Source: Halodesulfurarchaeum sp. (GTDB lineage: Archaea; Halobacteriota; Halobacteria; Halobacteriales; Halobacteriaceae). From it: 37,195 nt of DNA. The DNA lies in assembly GCA_042216015.1 (NCBI GenBank), contig JBDGUI010000010.1:1-37195 (forward strand), in the 5' to 3' direction. Both the position numbers and the translations under genes were made by a program. Within the stretch, counting starts at the first letter, position 1. Each line of letters starts with the position of its first letter. Positions 1-9,089 of the stretch are shown in pieces. The notes under the pieces are model-generated. The model ran no database searches. It had not been told where the DNA came from and saw nothing but the letters and a program-made list of their open reading frames with translations.

Positions 1-112
1 CGCCTCGGCGGGCCATATCCCGAATAAACGAAGTGAATGAGGGATATCCCGGCGAGCGTGCGGCGAGACGACCGAAGTGAGCCCTGAGTTGCGAGCGGGA
101 CGGGGCTTTCGA
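1..112. repeat. Partial haloarchaeal intergenic palindromic (REP/MITE-like) element
   Basis: ATATCCC(15-21)...GGGATAT(41-47) stem around a GAA-rich loop, a second CGAAGTGA, ending in GGGGCTTTC. Resembles dispersed GA-rich hairpin repeats of Halobacteria. Truncated by the window edge. Confidence 0.35.
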
Positions 113-183
113 AGGTGGCGGTCGATGGAGTGCCCTCGGTTCTGACCCGCTCGAATTAGTCAACTCGCCAAACACCGAAACCC

Positions 184-189
184 TTTATT
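184..189 (+). promoter_or_regulatory. TATA box of the rps15 operon
   Basis: TTTATT preceded by purine-rich CGAAA (BRE-like), ~27 nt upstream of the structured leader start at ~215. Confidence 0.6.
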
Positions 190-214
190 GGGCCGGCTCA
201 CCTCCCAACCCATA

Positions 215-323
215 GGGAACGCGCGACCGCAAGTCTGACTCGCCGGCTTGCCGGCTTGGGATTGCGGTAGTGCTCGACACTTGCGTCGAACTATCCTGCG
301 GCTCGTGTCGTTCCAATCAGATC
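215..323 (+). ncRNA. Structured 5' leader of rps15 (S15 ribosomal-leader candidate)
   Basis: 216-231 (GGAACG-CGCGA-CCGCA) pairs with 297-314 (TGCGG-TCGTG-CGTTCC). Internal hairpins at 242-255 and 274-289. A halobacterial S15 leader motif is described in the r-leader literature. Confidence 0.6.
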
Positions 324-788
324 ATGGCACGAATGCACACCCGTCGCCGCGGTCAGTCCGGTTCTGACAAACCGGCGACAGACGAACCACCGGAGTGGAG
401 CGACGTCGAAACCGAGGCGATTGAGGAGCGAATCGTCGAACTGAGCGAACAGGGGCTCGACCCCTCCCAGATCGGCATCAAGCTCCGGGACGAGGGCGTA
501 CAGGGCACGCCGGTCCCGGACGTCAAGACCGCGACCGGGAAGAAGATCACCGAGATCCTCGCAGAGAACGACGCCGACCCGGAGATCCCCGAGGACTTCC
601 GGAACCTCCTCGAGAAGGCCGTCAACCTCTACGAACACGTCGAAGAGAACGGCCAGGACCACCAGAACAAGCACGCACTCCAGAACATGGAGTCGAAGAT
701 CCGCCGCCTCGCGAACTACTACCGGGGCGAGAAGATTCCCGAGGACTTCAAGTACACCCACGAGAACGCGAAGGAGTTCCTGGACTGA
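324..788 (+). CDS. rps15: 30S ribosomal protein uS15 (archaeal S15/S13e)
   Basis: MARMHTRRRGQSGS N-terminus, PSQIGIKLRD, ESKIRRLANYY. True start is ATG 324, not 270. Confidence 0.97.
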   Translation: MARMHTRRRGQSGSDKPATDEPPEWSDVETEAIEERIVELSEQGLDPSQIGIKLRDEGVQGTPVPDVKTATGKKITEILAENDADPEIPEDFRNLLEKAVNLYEHVEENGQDHQNKHALQNMESKIRRLANYYRGEKIPEDFKYTHENAKEFLD

Positions 789-789
789 A

Positions 790-1884
790 ATGGCGACCAC
801 GGGGACGACACGAGCGCGGAAGCCAGCCGATCTCGCCAGCGACCTGCGCGGGGCCGACCTCGTGCGGGTCGTGAGCCGCGCCGACGGCGACGGCCTCGCT
901 GGCGCCGCGATTCTCGCCAACGCGCTCACCGCGATCGGCATCCCGCGACACCTCGCGCTATCCCCCTCACGCGACGCGGCGGCCCCGCGGCTCGACGCCG
1001 AGGGAACTGCCGTCGCGCTGGGTTTCGAGCATTTCGATGGATCCTGTCAGGGCGACTCCGCAGCGTACTGTGCCTTCGAACTCGCCCGGGAACTCGGGAC
1101 CGACCCCGATCCCGGACTGGCACTCGCCGGCGCCACGTGCGCGGGCGTTTCACCTGCGGGCCCAGCCCTCGAGACGGCAAGAGACCGGGGGCTCACCGAG
1201 CGACCCGGGCTCGCGATCCCCACTGCGGACGTGACCACGGGGTTGGCCCATTCCGGCCTGCTCCACGCCGATTTCTCGGGCGACGAAGCCGAGACGGCGG
1301 ACTTTCTCGCGGGTCTCGACCTCCCGGAGCCACTCGACGAGAGTGGGCACCGGAAGCTCGCCTCCGCGGTCGCCCTCAGGGTGACCGAGGGCACGACAAC
1401 CGACCGCGCGACCGCCCAACTCGCAAACGCGCTGGGGCCCCGGACCTCGCCGACGGCCTTCGAGACGATCGGCGGGTACGCCGACGTCCTCGCTGCGGGG
1501 GCCGCGATCGACGCCGGCGGGGCTCTCACAGCACTCCTGGGCGACACGGACGAAACGGCGCTTCTCGAGTCCTGGCGGGAATACGGCGTGGCTGTCCACG
1601 AGGCAGTGGCCGCGCTTCCTGCCGGTAACGAAACAGTCGAACTCGCCACCGTTGACATCCCGCCGCTGGCCGTGGCCCGACTCGGCCGCGATTTCCGGGT
1701 CAACGCGGAGCGACTCTACGTCGCCGGCCCCGACTCGATTGCGCTAGCTACGAGGGAGGCTAACGCTCGCTCGACGCTCGAATCCCACTACCCGGACGAA
1801 CAGCTCGCCGGAACCGACACCCTCGCGACGGTCCGAACGGCGGACCTGGATCCCGTCGAAAGATCCGTCGAGGCGATCCGATGA
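790..1884 (+). CDS. recJ2: RecJ-like (RecJ2-type) DHH-superfamily protein, degenerate active site
   Basis: RADGDGLAGAAILA resembles DHH motif I, but no DHH triad is present. Sits in the conserved position between rps15 and pcc1. Confidence 0.75.
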   Translation: MATTGTTRARKPADLASDLRGADLVRVVSRADGDGLAGAAILANALTAIGIPRHLALSPSRDAAAPRLDAEGTAVALGFEHFDGSCQGDSAAYCAFELARELGTDPDPGLALAGATCAGVSPAGPALETARDRGLTERPGLAIPTADVTTGLAHSGLLHADFSGDEAETADFLAGLDLPEPLDESGHRKLASAVALRVTEGTTTDRATAQLANALGPRTSPTAFETIGGYADVLAAGAAIDAGGALTALLGDTDETALLESWREYGVAVHEAVAALPAGNETVELATVDIPPLAVARLGRDFRVNAERLYVAGPDSIALATREANARSTLESHYPDEQLAGTDTLATVRTADLDPVERSVEAIR

Positions 1885-2123
1885 CTCGACGCGCCACGAT
1901 CCGCTCGACGGTCGAACGCCCCGAGCAGATCGCCCGGGCGATCGAACCGGACAACACCCCAGAGATTGGGACGACCGTCGAGGATGACACCCTTATTACG
2001 ACCATCGAACGGGATTCGACGGCCGGACTCCGCTCCACGACGGACGATTACGTCGTGAATCTCGCCGTCGCGATCGACGTGGCACGGACGGCGAATCAAC
2101 ACGCAGACAATAGACAGACATGA
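1881..2123 (+). CDS. pcc1: KEOPS complex subunit Pcc1
   Basis: 80 aa with IARAIEPDN and GLRSTTDDYVVNL. ATGA overlaps on both sides; rps15-recJ-pcc1-rps3ae synteny. Confidence 0.9.
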   Translation: MTRRATIRSTVERPEQIARAIEPDNTPEIGTTVEDDTLITTIERDSTAGLRSTTDDYVVNLAVAIDVARTANQHADNRQT

Positions 2124-2740
2124 GCGACAGATCAGTATCCAAGCGAAGTCAGGAGAAGCGGTGGTATACCGTGCTCGCCCCGGAGCAGTTCGACCGGGCC
2201 GAACTGGGCACGACTCCCGCCGAAGAACCGGAACAGGTTATCGACCGAACGATCGAGACGACCCTCGGCGACGTGATGGAGGGTGGTGAGAACAACGTCA
2301 AACTTACCTTCCAGGTCACCGACGTCGGCAGCGACACGGCCTACACCGAGTTCGCCGAACACGAACTCACGCGGGACTACAAGCGGAGTCTCGTGCGTCG
2401 CGGGTCCTCGAAGGTCAAGGCCGTCTTGACCCTTCGCACCGCTGACGACTACCGGATCACCGTCCAGCCAGTGGCGTTCACGACGAAAGTGGCCGACCGG
2501 AGCCAGAAGGAGGCCATCCGGAAGGAGATGACCGAACTCGTTACCGAGGCCGCCGCCGAGCGGACCTTCGAGGAGTTCGTCGACAGCGTCGTTCAGGGCC
2601 ACCTCTCGAGTGCGATCTACAACGAGGCAAAGACGATCTACCCGCTGCGCCGGGTCGAGATCGAGAAGACGACGATGGACGCCCCGCCCGAGGAGGTCCA
2701 CAAGGAGGAGGAGACGGCCGCAGTCGAGGAGACCGAGTGA
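2120..2740 (+). CDS. rps3ae: 30S ribosomal protein eS1 (S3Ae)
   Basis: KRWYTVLAPEQF, RTIETTLGD, RSLVRRGSSK, KTIYPLRRVEIEK. Confidence 0.97.
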   Translation: MSDRSVSKRSQEKRWYTVLAPEQFDRAELGTTPAEEPEQVIDRTIETTLGDVMEGGENNVKLTFQVTDVGSDTAYTEFAEHELTRDYKRSLVRRGSSKVKAVLTLRTADDYRITVQPVAFTTKVADRSQKEAIRKEMTELVTEAAAERTFEEFVDSVVQGHLSSAIYNEAKTIYPLRRVEIEKTTMDAPPEEVHKEEETAAVEETE

Positions 2741-2780
2741 GACCAAACAGGTAAGGTCTCGCTGGTTCGAACGTCAATCA

Positions 2781-3458
2781 ATGGGACGGCGAGTTCTTTT
2801 GGCACTCGACACCGCGGACTACGTGACGGCGGCGAATGCGGCCCTCGGGTTCGTCGCGGTCGCGCTCGCGCCAATCGACGTCGAACTCGCTGCGCGACTG
2901 ATCTTGCTTGCGGCCATCGCCGATGCCCTCGATGGCATCATCGCCCGTCGGACGGGCGGTTCCGAGGTTGGCCCATACCTCGATTCCCTCGCCGATGTGG
3001 CCTCCTTCGGCGTGGCTCCGGCCGCGATGGTCCTAGCGGCCACCACGCCGCTTTCGACGGCCCAGGACTACGGGACGATCGTCTTCGGGGCGGCGTTCGT
3101 CGGGGCTGCAGTGCTGCGATTGGCTCTCTATACCGCCTATGACACCGGGAAACCCGCGACCGAGGGGGTGCAGACCACCCTCGCCGCGACGATATTGGCC
3201 GCGGGCCTCCTTTCGGGGGCCCCGACGTGGGCTCTCGTGGTCGGTCTCGGAATTTTTGCCACTCTCATGCTGGGGGAGCGGGTCTATCCCGACCTCCGTG
3301 TCCGTGATGCATTCGTCATGGGTGGGATCCAGGCCGCGGCGATCGCGTTTCCCGCCCCGTTCGGGTCGGTGTTCCCGCGTGCCCTGCTCGCATGGGCCAT
3401 GGCCTATCTTCTCCTGGCACCCTCCTTCTATCCCGGGCCGGAAGGGAAACGCTCATAG
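2781..3458 (+). CDS. pssA: Archaetidylserine synthase (CDP-alcohol phosphatidyltransferase)
   Basis: Motif DALDGIIARR...GPYLDSLADVASFG in a hydrophobic protein. Start ATG 2781. Confidence 0.85.
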   Translation: MGRRVLLALDTADYVTAANAALGFVAVALAPIDVELAARLILLAAIADALDGIIARRTGGSEVGPYLDSLADVASFGVAPAAMVLAATTPLSTAQDYGTIVFGAAFVGAAVLRLALYTAYDTGKPATEGVQTTLAATILAAGLLSGAPTWALVVGLGIFATLMLGERVYPDLRVRDAFVMGGIQAAAIAFPAPFGSVFPRALLAWAMAYLLLAPSFYPGPEGKRS

Positions 3459-3481
3459 GATTACTCCCGGAACTCCGAATT

Positions 3482-4852
3482 ATGAGTGACGGGGACGAAG
3501 AGCCAGCGGAGTCGTCGGTCGATCCCATCGTCGAGGAGTTCGAAACACGACTCGAGTCGGCATCGGACGCCGTCGAGGCAGCCGAAACGGAAGCCGACCT
3601 CGACGAGGTCGAGGCGACACTCGATGATATCGCCACGGACCTCGAGGATGCCGACATACCGGTGCCCGAACCGGAAGCGGAGGACGAGGAGCCCGAGGAC
3701 CCGAGAGACGCCCTCGAGGACGAACTATCTTCCCTCGAGGAGGCAGTCGAGGAGAAGCGGGGTCCCTACGGGGAAAACGTGATCGACGCCATCGAGGACG
3801 TTCGGGACACGATCACGAACACTCGATGGGCCGAGGAGGGCGAAAACGAACTCGTTCCGGGTGCCCAGGAGTTCATCGACACGACGGAAGGAATCCTCGA
3901 TGCCGACTTCGGGGAGGCCGTTCCGGATCCCGAGGAACTCGGGGTGATCCTCGAAACGGTCGCCGAATCCGTCGACCGTGCGGCCCTCGATGCCGATGAG
4001 GATCGCGAGACGATTGCCGACCTCCTCGAAGCAACCGATGCGCTCTCGGATTCCGTCGACGCGGCGACCGCCTGGACGGACCTCGCGATTCGCGAGCGAC
4101 TCGACCGCGAGGGCTTCTACGAACCCATCGAGGGCTCGAAGCACAAGGACTTTCCACCCGAGTGGGCGGCCCTGAAGACCTGGGAAAAGCGCGGCAACGT
4201 CGACATGGTCGTGCTACTGCTCGAACTGATGGGCGATACCGACTACATTACACGCCACTGTATCGAGGCCCTCGAGTACATGGGCGACGAGGCGGGGGTC
4301 GAGGCGCTGTCGAACCTGGCCAAGCGCCGGAACCTCAACGCGGTGGACGCGATCGGCAAGATCGGGGCCGAAGCGGGCATCGACGCCGTCGAGGGACACG
4401 CTGAATCGGGCAATACGGTCGAACTGCAGGCCCGTTCGCTCACGGCTCTCGGGGCGATCGGCTCCGAATCTACGACCGAAATGGTCGCAAATCAGCTCCG
4501 CGCGGACAGCGAGCGCGTCCAGATTGCGGCGTCCCGGGCACTGGGCATGATTGGAGACACGCGAGCCGTCGACCCCCTCGCCGGCCTGCTCGGGGAGACG
4601 TCGGCCGATGCCTCCGTCCGTGCGAGTGCGGCGTGGGCCCTGGGCGAAATCGGCACCGAAGCTGCGCTGGAAACGGCTGCCGAATATGCCGCGGACGACG
4701 CCTATCTGGTCGAACAGGAGGCGGCCAGGGCCGCCGAGGCGCTCGGTCTGGAGGCCGAAGCGGGCGAGGAGAACGAAGCGGGCGATTCGGAGTCGGATGT
4801 CGATTCCGAGGACGAGGTCGACGGCGAGGACGCAGACGAGACCGAGAAATAG
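3482..4852 (+). CDS. HEAT/PBS-lyase repeat protein with acidic coiled-coil N-terminus
   Basis: Repeats such as AASRALGMIGDTRAVDPL and VRASAAWALGEIG; very acidic. Start ATG 3482. Confidence 0.85.
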   Translation: MSDGDEEPAESSVDPIVEEFETRLESASDAVEAAETEADLDEVEATLDDIATDLEDADIPVPEPEAEDEEPEDPRDALEDELSSLEEAVEEKRGPYGENVIDAIEDVRDTITNTRWAEEGENELVPGAQEFIDTTEGILDADFGEAVPDPEELGVILETVAESVDRAALDADEDRETIADLLEATDALSDSVDAATAWTDLAIRERLDREGFYEPIEGSKHKDFPPEWAALKTWEKRGNVDMVVLLLELMGDTDYITRHCIEALEYMGDEAGVEALSNLAKRRNLNAVDAIGKIGAEAGIDAVEGHAESGNTVELQARSLTALGAIGSESTTEMVANQLRADSERVQIAASRALGMIGDTRAVDPLAGLLGETSADASVRASAAWALGEIGTEAALETAAEYAADDAYLVEQEAARAAEALGLEAEAGEENEAGDSESDVDSEDEVDGEDADETEK

Positions 4853-4856
4853 GTCG

Positions 4857-5096
4857 CTATCCAAGGAAGGTGGCCGTCAACTGGAGGGCGAAGGCGACTC
4901 CGATGAGGACGGCTCCGATCCGCCCAAAGGCCGTGTATTCGGTGGCGTCGTTCGGCGAAATCTGCACGCTGTAGCTCTCGAAGTCGGTGTCGAAGGTGAC
5001 GTAACTCGGGAGCTGGAAGAACTCGACGAAGAGCAACATCGCGCCGAGAACCCCGAGTGCCGATCCGGCGAGGGAAAGCTGTGTGGCCAGGACCAT
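4857..5096 (-). CDS. Small two-TM membrane protein
   Basis: 79 aa MVLATQLSLAGSALGVLGAMLLFVEFFQ...IGAVLIGVAFALQL, with TTTATA ~27 nt upstream on the minus strand. Confidence 0.75.
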   Translation of the reverse strand: MVLATQLSLAGSALGVLGAMLLFVEFFQLPSYVTFDTDFESYSVQISPNDATEYTAFGRIGAVLIGVAFALQLTATFLG

Positions 5097-5168
5097 ACCG
5101 TGGCGAGGCCCGCGAGACACTATAAAGGAACCGAACGTTTTTCCGGGAACACCGGACCAGGGGGTCCC

Positions 5169-6716
5169 GTGCTCAAAGCCCTCGCCCTCCTTGCCCTGCT
5201 GGCCACGGCACAGTTGCCGGCCATCCATGGCATCTATCCGGATCCCGCAACCGACGAGGACCGGGGCGAGTTCGTGATCCTGTCCGTTCCCGAGGTCTCG
5301 TCAGTCACGAATTTCACCCTCACGGACGGCGAAGACGAAATCGAATTGGACGAGCTCACACCGGGCCAGACGGTCGCGGTGACGGATGACGCCGGCCCGG
5401 TGAGGAATCTGACCGACTATCCGGTTCGCCCGGTCGACGAGTTTCTCTCGCTCGCGAATGGTGGGGAGTGGGTGGCGCTGAAGGGGGGCAATCGAACGCT
5501 CGACAACGTCACCTATCCCCGCGCGACCGAGGGCGAACGGTACCGTGAGGGCCTGTTCACCCCCCTGGGCCGGACCGATTTCGAGCCGTTGACCCGCCGG
5601 AACGTCACCGTCAGGCCGGTGATTCTGCCGGACGAATCGGCGCCACTTCTCGAAACGATCGAATCCGGCCGTGATCGAATCCTCCTCGCCGGATACACGT
5701 TCACCGATTCGGCCGTCACAGACGCGCTGATCGCGGCTCACGGTCGCAACGTCACCGTCCGCGTGTTGCTCGAAGGCGGGCCAGTCGGCGGTATCTCCCG
5801 CCCGCAGGTAGCACAACTCGATCGGCTTGAGGCGGCGGGTATTCCTGTTCACACCATGGGAACGGCGCACGCGAGATACCGGTACCATCACGCCAAATAC
5901 GCGGTCGTCGACAGTCGGGCTCTCGTCACTTCCGAGAACTGGAAACCGGGGGGAACCGGCGGTCACGGATCACGGGGGTGGGGGGTGATCGTCCGGGATC
6001 GGGCGGTCGCCGACTATCTGGCCCGGATCTTTGCCGAAGACACGGGCTACGTCGACACCCTCCCATGGGAATCGACGCGACCGGAATCCGCTGTGGCCGA
6101 GACACCCGACACGGCGACCTATCCGACCCGATTTGCCACAACGCGGTCGCGGGCCGACGCGGTCACGGTGCTCGCGGCTCCCGAGACGGCCGGTCAGGGG
6201 GTGAGACGTGCACTCGAGGCGGCAACCACCTCCATTCGAGTGCAGCAGGTGTCGATCGACGAACGTGGCACCCTGTTGAACGCGACCCTCGCGGCCGCCG
6301 ACCGGGGTGTCGACGTTCGCATCCTCCTCTCTCGGGCGTGGTACGTCGAGCGGGAGAATCGAGCCCTCGCCACCAGACTTCGAGAGCGAGCCGATCGGGA
6401 AAACCTCCCGCTTGAGGTCTCCCTGGCCGAGCCTCGAAGCCGGTACGAGAAGATTCACGTGAAGGGAGTGATCGTCGACGAGGAGTCGGTTTTCGTGGGC
6501 AGTCTCAACTGGAACGAGAACGCCCGAGAGGAGAATCGCGAGGTGATCCTGCGGATCGACGATCCGGAGACGGCGGCGTACTTCAGTCGGGTCTTTCTCG
6601 CTGACTGGCGAGGGGCCGCGTGGCGGGTCCCCTGGGGCGTTCTCGGTGGGGTCGTGGTGGCTATCCTCTCGAGTCTCCCCGCCATCGTGAAGATTGGAAC
6701 CTTCGAGGCCGATTAA
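5169..6716 (+). CDS. Phospholipase D-family protein (signal peptide, lamin-tail-like domain, two HKD motifs, C-terminal TM)
   Basis: HAKYAVVD and HVKGVIVD...GSLNW. GTG start at 5169 gives a hydrophobic leader. Confidence 0.88.
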   Translation: MLKALALLALLATAQLPAIHGIYPDPATDEDRGEFVILSVPEVSSVTNFTLTDGEDEIELDELTPGQTVAVTDDAGPVRNLTDYPVRPVDEFLSLANGGEWVALKGGNRTLDNVTYPRATEGERYREGLFTPLGRTDFEPLTRRNVTVRPVILPDESAPLLETIESGRDRILLAGYTFTDSAVTDALIAAHGRNVTVRVLLEGGPVGGISRPQVAQLDRLEAAGIPVHTMGTAHARYRYHHAKYAVVDSRALVTSENWKPGGTGGHGSRGWGVIVRDRAVADYLARIFAEDTGYVDTLPWESTRPESAVAETPDTATYPTRFATTRSRADAVTVLAAPETAGQGVRRALEAATTSIRVQQVSIDERGTLLNATLAAADRGVDVRILLSRAWYVERENRALATRLRERADRENLPLEVSLAEPRSRYEKIHVKGVIVDEESVFVGSLNWNENAREENREVILRIDDPETAAYFSRVFLADWRGAAWRVPWGVLGGVVVAILSSLPAIVKIGTFEAD

Positions 6717-8596
6717 GCGGTCGAGGAGCTGCTGAGGGCCTCGTCGAGTTCAGCATCTGCCATCCGCTCCACGAGCGAGTCGATGACTGGCTCCCGCATC
6801 CCCGGGACGTACCTGATGCTGCCGACGACGAGATGGCCGCCACCGGAGACGCCAGCCCCGGGCAGTGAGGTGTTCAGCTCGGAGACCATCTCCGGAATGT
6901 CGAGGCGTACCCCGTCGCTCCGGAGCACGGCAAAGTCCGGCCCGTACCCCACGGTGATGGCCGGCTCGCCAGTCTCCTGCACCTTGCGGTCGTGGAGTTC
7001 GCCCGTCGTCTTTCCCGGCGGCGGGTAGGTGAACCGGTGGGCGAACTCCTCGAGGTCAAGACGATAGAGGTGGGCGCCGTTGGCCAGTCGCTCGTGTTCT
7101 ACGTGTGACTCGCCCGCCTCGAGTTGAGCCTCGGTATCGGAGCGGGCGCGACGGGCGAGAAGGTCCACGAGTTCGTCGTGGCGGTCCGGGTCGGAGTCGA
7201 TGCCGAGGACGTCCGTGACGAAATCGCCACCCGAGTCGTATCGCAGGGTGTAGGCCGCATAATCGAGGGCCGAGACCACGTCATCGAGGTGGCTTTCGTC
7301 GAAGCCCCCCTCGGCCGCGAGAGCGAGGTAGTCGTCCATCGCGTCGGCCTTGGAGCGATCGGCGAGCCCGGCGATGGCTGGCACGTGATCGAGTGCGCCA
7401 TCGAGTGACGTGTGAATCATGCGGGCCAACTCCACGCTGAGCATCCCGGAGGTCACCCGGTAGTCCTCGCCGCTGAGGTAGGGGTTGACGTGGGCTGTGA
7501 GATAGGGATCGACCGCCTCGGGGTCTGGATGGTGGTGATCGATGACGAGGATGGGGATGTCGTATTCGTCGAGGGTCCGGTAGGCCGGGGTGTCCTCGGC
7601 GGTGCTTCCGTTATCGATCATGAGCAACACCGGGAGCTTCTGTCCGTGTCGCTCCTGATCGCCGAGGGCGTAATTGAGATCGCGGGTCGCATCCTCCATC
7701 TCGTAATAGGGCGCCTTGCTCGGCAGGCGTTTCAGGAGGTGTCGTGGCGCTTCCCGGTCCTCGTGAACGTCGTCAATGAATCGCTCGAGGGCCAGTTCCA
7801 CCGGGGCGGCGGCACACATGCCATCGCCATCAGCGTGATGTCGGATGCGGATCGGTCGGCCCTCCACGACGGCCGCTCGGAGGTGTCTGGCGACCTCCCG
7901 CAGCTCGTCGTGCATCTTCTCGAGGGGCTTCCAGTCGATCATCGGGACGACGTCTTCCGGATCAGACTGGACGGCCGTGGCCGCTTCGAGCCGTTCGCCG
8001 ACGGTGCGGGCGTCCTCGCCCGCAAGCAGTTCCATCGTCTCGACCTCGACTTGCACCGAGCCGTTTCGGCTGCCGATTGAACCCGCGACGTGGACGTGAT
8101 CTCCCACGGCAATTTCCGGATGCGCGCGGACCCCTGCGCCCTCGTAGGACGTGCAAGGCACGATCCCGGTTTCGTCTCGGACCTGAAAGACCGTCGGGCC
8201 ACGGGTCTGTTTGATCTGGACCACACTCCCCTCGAGGTGGATGCGGTCGCCGTTCGAATCGGCGAGCGTCGAGACGACCGACCGTTCGTAGTCCGGTCGC
8301 CTCGTTTCGAGATCGTACTCCGAGGGCTCGACGGGCTCGAAGGAGACGTCTCCGCCGGGCTTGATTTCGGCCAGTCGGACGAGCACCTCCTCACCTACCT
8401 CGGGGGAGGTCTCGAGGCTGGATTCGTGAATCAGCCCGGAAACGGAATCGGTTACGTCGACGAAGACGCCGTAGTCGACGACACCGTTTACCGTTCCGCG
8501 ATACAGCTCACCCTCCTCGAGATCGTCGAGAGTACACTCCGGATCGAGATCGTACACGACGGGGGTGCCATCCGATCGGGATGACGAGTCACTCAT
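6713..8596 (-). CDS. recJ3: RecJ3-type DHH phosphoesterase with S1 and OB domains
   Basis: S1 domain (YGVFVD...SGLIH), OB fold, HHADGDG, DNGS, IDHH and GGGH motifs intact. Confidence 0.88.
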   Translation of the reverse strand: MSDSSSRSDGTPVVYDLDPECTLDDLEEGELYRGTVNGVVDYGVFVDVTDSVSGLIHESSLETSPEVGEEVLVRLAEIKPGGDVSFEPVEPSEYDLETRRPDYERSVVSTLADSNGDRIHLEGSVVQIKQTRGPTVFQVRDETGIVPCTSYEGAGVRAHPEIAVGDHVHVAGSIGSRNGSVQVEVETMELLAGEDARTVGERLEAATAVQSDPEDVVPMIDWKPLEKMHDELREVARHLRAAVVEGRPIRIRHHADGDGMCAAAPVELALERFIDDVHEDREAPRHLLKRLPSKAPYYEMEDATRDLNYALGDQERHGQKLPVLLMIDNGSTAEDTPAYRTLDEYDIPILVIDHHHPDPEAVDPYLTAHVNPYLSGEDYRVTSGMLSVELARMIHTSLDGALDHVPAIAGLADRSKADAMDDYLALAAEGGFDESHLDDVVSALDYAAYTLRYDSGGDFVTDVLGIDSDPDRHDELVDLLARRARSDTEAQLEAGESHVEHERLANGAHLYRLDLEEFAHRFTYPPPGKTTGELHDRKVQETGEPAITVGYGPDFAVLRSDGVRLDIPEMVSELNTSLPGAGVSGGGHLVVGSIRYVPGMREPVIDSLVERMADAELDEALSSSSTA

Positions 8597-8894
8597 TGCA
8601 CCGTGATTGGTCGAGGGGTCGTTTACCCCTTACGAACCCCGCTTCACCCCGTCCGCCATCGAGCCGCGTCAGGGTCCAGTGTCCGTTCGATCCACCCCGG
8701 AGCCCGAGAGCACAGTCTGGTTACTATTGCGGATCGATCACGGACAGAGAGTGGATGCTGAACCGCTGATGGATCGGTCGCGTCGACGCTCCTCAGTCTG
8801 TCCGAGACGAGCCCGGCGATCGAATCGGGCTTCAGAATCTCACAGTCGCACGTCCATCACCCCGTGTGCCGTCACGTACGAAGGCCTTTTTGCC

Positions 8895-8912
8895 GGTGAA
8901 CGATCATTCACC
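8895..8912. promoter_or_regulatory. Palindromic operator candidate upstream of the MATE transcription unit
   Basis: GGTGAACGATCATTCACC (16/18 self-complementary) between TTTTTG (8887-8892) and ATG 8916. Confidence 0.45.
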
Positions 8913-8915
8913 ACC

Positions 8916-9089
8916 ATGCGTGATTCTCTCGACGACACTTACTTCGCGTGTTCACTCGACGATTCGGACGATTCCTTGGCGCGGAATTTCCGCCAGGGAT
9001 GGACGGGCCAATACACAGAGTCCGCGAATCGTCCCACGATATCGAACCGAATCCACTTCGACCAGACCAGTAGCGAGGTTGAGACGTGA
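8916..9089 (+). CDS. Possible 57-aa upstream ORF coupled to the MATE gene
   Basis: Acidic MRDSLDDTYF...SEVET; stop overlaps the MATE GTG (GTGA); leaderless promoter spacing. Confidence 0.35.
   Translation: MRDSLDDTYFACSLDDSDDSLARNFRQGWTGQYTESANRPTISNRIHFDQTSSEVET

Noticed and set aside
790..1884. Loss of the DHH motif in the RecJ-like gene as a novelty or pseudogene
   Set aside because: The ORF is intact, and degenerate RecJ2 proteins at this locus are usual in Halobacteria.
4551..5168. 206-aa N-terminal extension making a 721-aa PLD
   Set aside because: Overlaps the HEAT gene and the minus-strand membrane gene; GTG 5169 gives a proper signal peptide.
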